Positions 58,307-64,000 of a stretch of DNA of 64,000 nt are shown here, in pieces. Source of the DNA: Promethearchaeota archaeon (lineage in GTDB: Archaea > Asgardarchaeota > Lokiarchaeia > Sigyniarchaeales > SOKP01); contig JAEOTA010000036.1 in assembly GCA_016840085.1 (NCBI GenBank), positions 100,813 to 164,812 on the forward strand, read 5' to 3'. The notes under the pieces are model-generated. The model saw only the letters and a program-made list of their open reading frames with translations, had not been told where the DNA came from and searched no databases. The position numbers were made by a program, and so were the translations under genes. How positions within the stretch are numbered: the first letter of the stretch is position 1; each line of letters begins with the position of its first letter.

Positions 58307-60115
58307 ATGGATTTATTACCAAAAGTCTTTAGAACAGAAGGAGATTTAGCTGAGTTTGATTCATCGAGAATTCTAAATAGTATTATTAAAGAAACAGGAT
58401 TAGATGAAAAAGAGGCTAATAAAATAACAGAACTCGTTGTTAGAAGAATTATTAGCTCAGGTATTAAGTTCCTCTCTGGACCTCATATAAGAGAGATTGT
58501 ATGTTCAATCCTTTCTGAGCAGCATTTTGAAAATGAACGTAAATTATATACCCGAATAGGAATGCCCGTGATGGATTATGAAGAGATTCTTGAAAAAGGA
58601 CCATTGAATAAATTAAAAGAAAAAGTGAATCCCGAGAAAGTTCTTCACTGGGCTGCTAATCGGATTGCTGAAGAATATGCACACTTACGAATTTTAAGCA
58701 ATGAAGAATCAAAAGCTCATTTATATGGAGATATTCATATTCATAAATTAAAATATTTTGATTTACGACCTTTAAATCATGTTTGGGATCCACGAATAAT
58801 TTTGAAATATGGTATTCCTCCACTTGCAGACATTTCTCCGTGCTCTAATTTAGAACCCGCAAAAAATCTTAAGGAAGCTATCCACCATCTCGTAAAATGG
58901 TTAGCTATGGTCCAAAATGAATTCTGTGGAAACCAAGGTTTCAATTTCATAACAGTCTTTTTAGCGCCCTATGCTAAAGGTTTAAGCGAAGATAAAATAC
59001 AATATAATATAAAAGAAGCGATTTTTGAAATAAATCAATTATCTGCTATAATTGGTAGAAAAATTTCTCCAATATCTCTCTTTACTTGTCCAACATTTTT
59101 GAAAGAACTTTCAGAAATCCCTGCTGTTGGACCATATGGTAAAGTTCAAAATAGTTATGGAGATTATTATGATGAATGTTTAAAACTGTTTAATTCGTTT
59201 ACACACGTTTTTAAACAAGGTTATAATAATAAAAAATCATTTAAAACACCAAAACATGAAATCTTCATTACACCAAACTGGTTAGATCAATTTAAGGATG
59301 CCTATGCAAAAGTTTGGGAAGAAGTGGAATTAATGAAAACTCCTTATCTTAAAAATTTATGTTTTGATTTATATCGAAATAACTTTATAAATAAGTTAAC
59401 AGAGGATACTTATACTAATTTTGGTATTCTTCAAGATATCTGTTTAAACTTACCCCGTTATGCATATACAACTAAAGACGAAGAAGAATTTATCGAAATT
59501 TTGAAATCTAAAATACAATTATGTGCAGAAATACTATTAAAAAAATATAAAGTTATAAAAAAGAGATTACATTCAAATCATCTTCCTCTATGTTCTGGTA
59601 TATTAAATAATAGTTATATCTTTAACTTGAAAAACCAAGGGTTATCTATAAGTTTTGTTGGTTTAAATGAAACTGTTAAATTTTTGACAAATTGTGAGCT
59701 TCATGAAAGTACCGATACTTATAATTTTGGTAAAAAAATTTTGAGTGAAATGAATAAATCTTGCCAGGAGTTTTCTGAAAAATATGAAAAAACATATTTA
59801 TTAAGTGAAAATATTTCAAGAAAAGCTCTAATTCGATTTACTAATTTAGATTTAAAACATTTTCCTAAGATCACATTGCCTCAATTTAAAAAACAGAATT
59901 ATCTTTATACCAATTCAGCCCATTTTAGAAAAAATGCAAAAATCGATATAGTTGATAAAATAAAAATGCAAGAAAATTTTCATTTATTAATTCAAAATGA
60001 AGCAATTGAATTCATATCTTTAAAAGAGTTAAATATTGCTAATATTGAATTAGAAGATTTTGTAAAAGAAATATATTCAAGGTCAAAGATAGCTTGCTTA
60101 AAATTTATACCTTAA
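58307..60115 (+). CDS. nrdD: ATP-cone NrdD-like protein (class III RNR paralogue, apparently catalytically degenerate)
   Basis: ATP cone, AHLYGDIHIH, LNLPRYAY, ISFVGLNE and YTNSAHF present; no C-terminal zinc or glycyl-radical motif. Confidence 0.8.
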   Translation: MDLLPKVFRTEGDLAEFDSSRILNSIIKETGLDEKEANKITELVVRRIISSGIKFLSGPHIREIVCSILSEQHFENERKLYTRIGMPVMDYEEILEKGPLNKLKEKVNPEKVLHWAANRIAEEYAHLRILSNEESKAHLYGDIHIHKLKYFDLRPLNHVWDPRIILKYGIPPLADISPCSNLEPAKNLKEAIHHLVKWLAMVQNEFCGNQGFNFITVFLAPYAKGLSEDKIQYNIKEAIFEINQLSAIIGRKISPISLFTCPTFLKELSEIPAVGPYGKVQNSYGDYYDECLKLFNSFTHVFKQGYNNKKSFKTPKHEIFITPNWLDQFKDAYAKVWEEVELMKTPYLKNLCFDLYRNNFINKLTEDTYTNFGILQDICLNLPRYAYTTKDEEEFIEILKSKIQLCAEILLKKYKVIKKRLHSNHLPLCSGILNNSYIFNLKNQGLSISFVGLNETVKFLTNCELHESTDTYNFGKKILSEMNKSCQEFSEKYEKTYLLSENISRKALIRFTNLDLKHFPKITLPQFKKQNYLYTNSAHFRKNAKIDIVDKIKMQENFHLLIQNEAIEFISLKELNIANIELEDFVKEIYSRSKIACLKFIP

Positions 60116-60288
60116 ATAAATAGTTATCCATTTATTTCATAGATACAAAAAAGAAATGATTTAATAGGAATAATTATTGTGTAGTAATATATAATTATTG
60201 AGTAGTAATATTTAGATTTTATAACACTTTTAATAAGAGAATGTAATTAATTACGATTTAATTAATTCTTTTATATTAAAGATCTTGG

Positions 60289-61758
60289 TTGACCTTGACA
60301 ACATCAAAAACAAAAGCCAAAAAAGAAAAACCTGTTGAGAAAAATGAACAGGCAGAAAAATCGAGTATTATAAAGACAATTGTTTTAAGTGTATTCGATG
60401 AAAATGGACCATCTCCTCACATTGTTTGGCCTGAAGACTTAAAGCAAGAAGCAGGCCTTCTTATAGCCATGAAAACCATCTCTCTCCTTATGGGTGATAG
60501 TACATACCAAAATGGAGAAGTAACAGAAGGTGTTAACTACTTTGGGGTCTTACCATTTCCTGATTTGAAATTAAACGGATTAACCTATTTTTTCTTGATA
60601 CCTGAACCAAAAGCTCGTGGCCAAGCTTTAGCTGCGACTATTACTATATTAATAGATGACGAAAACAAGGTTTTTTTTTATGAAAATATGAAATATTTAA
60701 GAATTATTATTGATAAAACTGCTTCACAAATTCAAAAGGTTAAGAAATTTGATAAACAGAAAGAAATAATGGACAATCTACGAGAAGAATTATTTGAATT
60801 TTCTAAGGATTTAAAAGACCCCTATTCCGCTAGAAGAACACTTAAAATATTGCTTGTCGGATTGGACAGAGCTGGAAAGACAAGCTTTCTATATGGAATA
60901 AGAAAACAATATTCAGAAATCATAAAAGCTTTACCTACAAAAGGAGTTGAAAGAACAGAAGAGACTATTTTCGAAGAACAACACTCTGCTATATCCATCT
61001 GGGATTTAGGTGGTCAAAAAGAGTATCGAGAAAGATTTCTTGAACAGAGGAAAGTCTATTTATATAATGTTGATTTAATGTTTTTCTTTATCGATATACA
61101 AGATATGGATAGAATAAATGAAGTATTAGAATTATTTACAAAAATTTTAGATTCTTTAATAGAATTAGAGGAATTTCCACCCATAATCCTATGTTTAAAT
61201 AAATTCGATCCTGATCTTAAAGGTTCAAAAGACATTTTTAAAAGTTTAGAATTAATAGCTGACGAAATTAAAAAGAATTCCGAAAGATTTTTCATAAAAA
61301 TCTTTCAAACGAGTATTTTTGATCATTGGAGTCTTATTTCTGCTTATTCTTTTGGACTCTCCCAGTTAAGTCCTAATCGTGAATTATTTAAGAACCAATT
61401 AAAGAAATTCGCAAAAAAAACTAATTCAGATGCAATACTATTACTTAATGAAAATGGCATAATATTATCAAATTATTCTAAATCTGATATTTCTGAGAAA
61501 GTTTTTGAAATCTCAGCACCACATTTCCAAGAACTCTATAAATTATTCAAGGAATTTAAATTATTAAAGCAGGATTTCATAGTATCATCAGGTATGGTAG
61601 ATGAATCAAAGAAAGTCATTTTTAAAAAAATAACAGTTGATAAATATAATTTATATCTATTATTGTTTATGAAGAAATCGCTTGAAATTGAAAAAATTGA
61701 GAGAAATTTACCTGATTTTTCAAAAAATCTAGCAGAAATCATTTATACATATATATAA
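60289..61758 (+). CDS. uDENN/longin-like + Arf/Rag-like GTPase + roadblock-like fusion protein
   Basis: FDENGPSP..LPFP N-domain; GLDRAGKT, WDLGGQ, NKFD and TSIFD; AILLLNENGIILS roadblock pattern. Confidence 0.87.
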   Translation: MTLTTSKTKAKKEKPVEKNEQAEKSSIIKTIVLSVFDENGPSPHIVWPEDLKQEAGLLIAMKTISLLMGDSTYQNGEVTEGVNYFGVLPFPDLKLNGLTYFFLIPEPKARGQALAATITILIDDENKVFFYENMKYLRIIIDKTASQIQKVKKFDKQKEIMDNLREELFEFSKDLKDPYSARRTLKILLVGLDRAGKTSFLYGIRKQYSEIIKALPTKGVERTEETIFEEQHSAISIWDLGGQKEYRERFLEQRKVYLYNVDLMFFFIDIQDMDRINEVLELFTKILDSLIELEEFPPIILCLNKFDPDLKGSKDIFKSLELIADEIKKNSERFFIKIFQTSIFDHWSLISAYSFGLSQLSPNRELFKNQLKKFAKKTNSDAILLLNENGIILSNYSKSDISEKVFEISAPHFQELYKLFKEFKLLKQDFIVSSGMVDESKKVIFKKITVDKYNLYLLLFMKKSLEIEKIERNLPDFSKNLAEIIYTYI

Positions 61759-61785
61759 ACTGTGAAATGGAAAAAAAAGTTTAAG

Positions 61786-63075
61786 TTAGTAATTGTATAT
61801 TTTCTTTTTACTCCTTTTTTTAATTATAACAATTAGAATAATTATAACAATAGAAAAAATTCCAACTATGATAATTATAGGAATCAATGGAAAAGGATTT
61901 GAAAGTATTAGATCTGTGTCAATTACTGTTATTTTTACATTATAGGCAAATTCAAAGGAAGCTAAAATCGGATAACTAAATATAGGATTAGCAAATTCAC
62001 TGATAATTTCACAGGGAGGAAAAAAGAAATTAGCACCAACTGTTTCAGCAAATCGCAAATAATCTATTCTGTTAAAGTAATCGACATTTTTACTCCAAGT
62101 AGGATCACAAGCAATCCATCCAATATTGGGTACGTAATATTCCACCCAAGCATGCCCTAAAACATCTGAACCTGAATTTGAAGAATAGAAATTCCATGTA
62201 TCACCAATTTTAGGTTGTATCGAAGGATCATTTGATATTACGAATCCCATGACTTTTCTAGCAGGAATTCCTTGAATTCTTAATAATGTAATCATTAGAC
62301 TTGAATATTCACTGCAATCTCCTTTAGCATTATCATAGGCCCATAAAGCGCCCTTCTCTTGAGCTGGTAATCCCTCAGTATAGGTGAGATAATCTGAAAC
62401 CCAATTATAAATCTTCTCTGCTTTTACAACAGGATTATTATTTTTATTAACAATGTTATTTGACAAATTAATTAAAGAGGGATCATCTCGTTCATAGTAA
62501 GGTTCAGAATTATTACAATATAATTCAAATATCTTATCAGATGTATCATAGTTTCCGATTTCAGAATCTGAAATTTCTTCGAAACGAATTTCATTTAGAT
62601 TTATTTGATACTTTTGATCTAAATCAACTTTTTGTTCGGATAATAAAGATGCATTAAATGAATCAAAAGTATTATTGAACTTGTCATAATGGCCCAACAT
62701 TGTCTCAGTAGGCTTATTCCCTGAAATTCTATTGTAAAGCAGTTTACTTTCTTGATAGGGAGGGCAATATTGAGTTAACGATGAATCAGGCATTCTATTA
62801 TTCAATCTAGCAAATTTAAAAATGTAATTTCCGGGTCCTGAATTATGAGTTAAAGAAAAGTTTATCTCTAATTGATATGTGACACTTTGAGTAATATTAT
62901 AATTAGAAACTCCATTAGTGAGAGAAGAAAATCGAGGATAGGATGTCAATGAGAGTTCTGCTGATGAATATATAGGGATTGCTAAAGGAAAAAGAAAGAG
63001 GTAAATAATAACAAAGATTGGTTTTATTTTTATATCCCCCACTTGATTTAAATAATTTTTATAAAATGAATACAA
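61786..63075 (-). CDS. Membrane-anchored transglutaminase-like domain protein
   Basis: GDCSEYS, GIPARKVMG, HAWVEYY and WIACDPTW catalytic triad motifs; signal peptide and C-terminal TM plus basic tail. Confidence 0.9.
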   Translation of the reverse strand: MYSFYKNYLNQVGDIKIKPIFVIIYLFLFPLAIPIYSSAELSLTSYPRFSSLTNGVSNYNITQSVTYQLEINFSLTHNSGPGNYIFKFARLNNRMPDSSLTQYCPPYQESKLLYNRISGNKPTETMLGHYDKFNNTFDSFNASLLSEQKVDLDQKYQINLNEIRFEEISDSEIGNYDTSDKIFELYCNNSEPYYERDDPSLINLSNNIVNKNNNPVVKAEKIYNWVSDYLTYTEGLPAQEKGALWAYDNAKGDCSEYSSLMITLLRIQGIPARKVMGFVISNDPSIQPKIGDTWNFYSSNSGSDVLGHAWVEYYVPNIGWIACDPTWSKNVDYFNRIDYLRFAETVGANFFFPPCEIISEFANPIFSYPILASFEFAYNVKITVIDTDLILSNPFPLIPIIIIVGIFSIVIIILIVIIKKRSKKKIYNY

Positions 63076-63169
63076 TTTTTTATTTATAATTTTAATTATT
63101 TAGGAGTATTCAAAAGAGCGAATTTTCTTTATTTAAGTAATAAAAATTTCATTTATTCTAATTTTAAAT

Positions 63170-63811
63170 TTGCTATATAAAATCTATCTTATTGACAGTG
63201 GCTCTGGTATAAGTCTTTTAGAGTCAACATTTAAGGAATTAAAAAAAATTCAAGACGATATCCTAACAGGATTCTTCAATGCAATTAATAAAACGATAGA
63301 TCTTATTCAAGAAGCGATGGCTAAAGGAAGACGTGTAAATGAAATGTATAGAGTTGTTGAAGCAGAAGACTCAATAATTCTTATTTATTATCATCCATTA
63401 TCAAGGATATTATTTTGCTCAATATCTGATGCTGATGATAATACTGAAAAAATAAAGGAAGTACTGAAAAAAATAGCAAATCGATTTTGGAAAAAACATC
63501 AATCAGATCTTAAAATATATAGAACAACCACAGAAAAAAGTAGGTTCCAGACTTTAAATGTCGATATAGAAAATCTTACAATTGGAGGAAAAATTGCGGA
63601 AGAATTCCCGAAATTACTTATAGTTAAAAGTGTTTTAGAAAAGGTTCTATCTATGGGTATGATTACTGATTTTGATTTTCAAGTCGCAATTAATTGTACA
63701 GGGAAAAATTCACCTTTAAAAATCTCAAGGATTCTAAATAAAAAGCAATCTGAAATAATTGATGTATTAAAAAAGTTAGAGCAACTTGATATTATAAAAA
63801 TTCGAATTTGA
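63170..63811 (+). CDS. Longin-like domain protein with C-terminal winged helix
   Basis: IYLIDSGSGISLL...ILTGFFNAI longin pattern; SPLKISRIL..LKKLEQLDII wHTH. Confidence 0.65.
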   Translation: MLYKIYLIDSGSGISLLESTFKELKKIQDDILTGFFNAINKTIDLIQEAMAKGRRVNEMYRVVEAEDSIILIYYHPLSRILFCSISDADDNTEKIKEVLKKIANRFWKKHQSDLKIYRTTTEKSRFQTLNVDIENLTIGGKIAEEFPKLLIVKSVLEKVLSMGMITDFDFQVAINCTGKNSPLKISRILNKKQSEIIDVLKKLEQLDIIKIRI

Positions 63812-64000
63812 ATCTTATTGTGAAATTTTTTTAATTTTTAAAGAATTCATAATTCTATATTCTACTTACCTCTAAAGATAATTTTTAATTTACCTTCTTT
63901 TTTTAAATCTTCAATCACCTTTAAATTTTAATCCGACATTATTTTCTTATTTTCTTAAGTCAAATCAGTAATTTATATGAAGTTTTATGGAGCATTTGAG

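Overview
A very AT-rich archaeal window, almost certainly from an Asgard archaeon (Lokiarchaeia-like). It carries seven small GTPases (Rab-like and Rag/Arf-like, several with roadblock or uDENN/longin-like domains), an Asgard-type profilin, an archaeosortase with a Loki-CTERM-tailed gingipain, MtrH, PpsA and tRNA-Pro(CGG). The ORF track misses two recoding events. (1) The Fe-S subunit gene directly downstream of an aldehyde:ferredoxin oxidoreductase is split by a 32-nt insert (20364-20395). The insert folds with both flanks into a bulge-helix-bulge (BHB) motif, and the canonical cut sites remove exactly the 32 nt needed to restore the frame and a CxxCxxCxxxC cluster motif. This is a candidate tRNA-endonuclease-spliced mRNA intron and the most striking feature of the window. 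(2) An hdrA-mvhD pair has five in-frame UGA codons at conserved Cys positions, followed by one eukaryote-style SECIS hairpin. Also present are an HdrD-like protein with a nested GltD-like domain, a degenerate NrdD paralogue, tandem membrane-protein paralogues ending in CGC, and several gene remnants. All calls come from reading motifs by eye; no searches were run.
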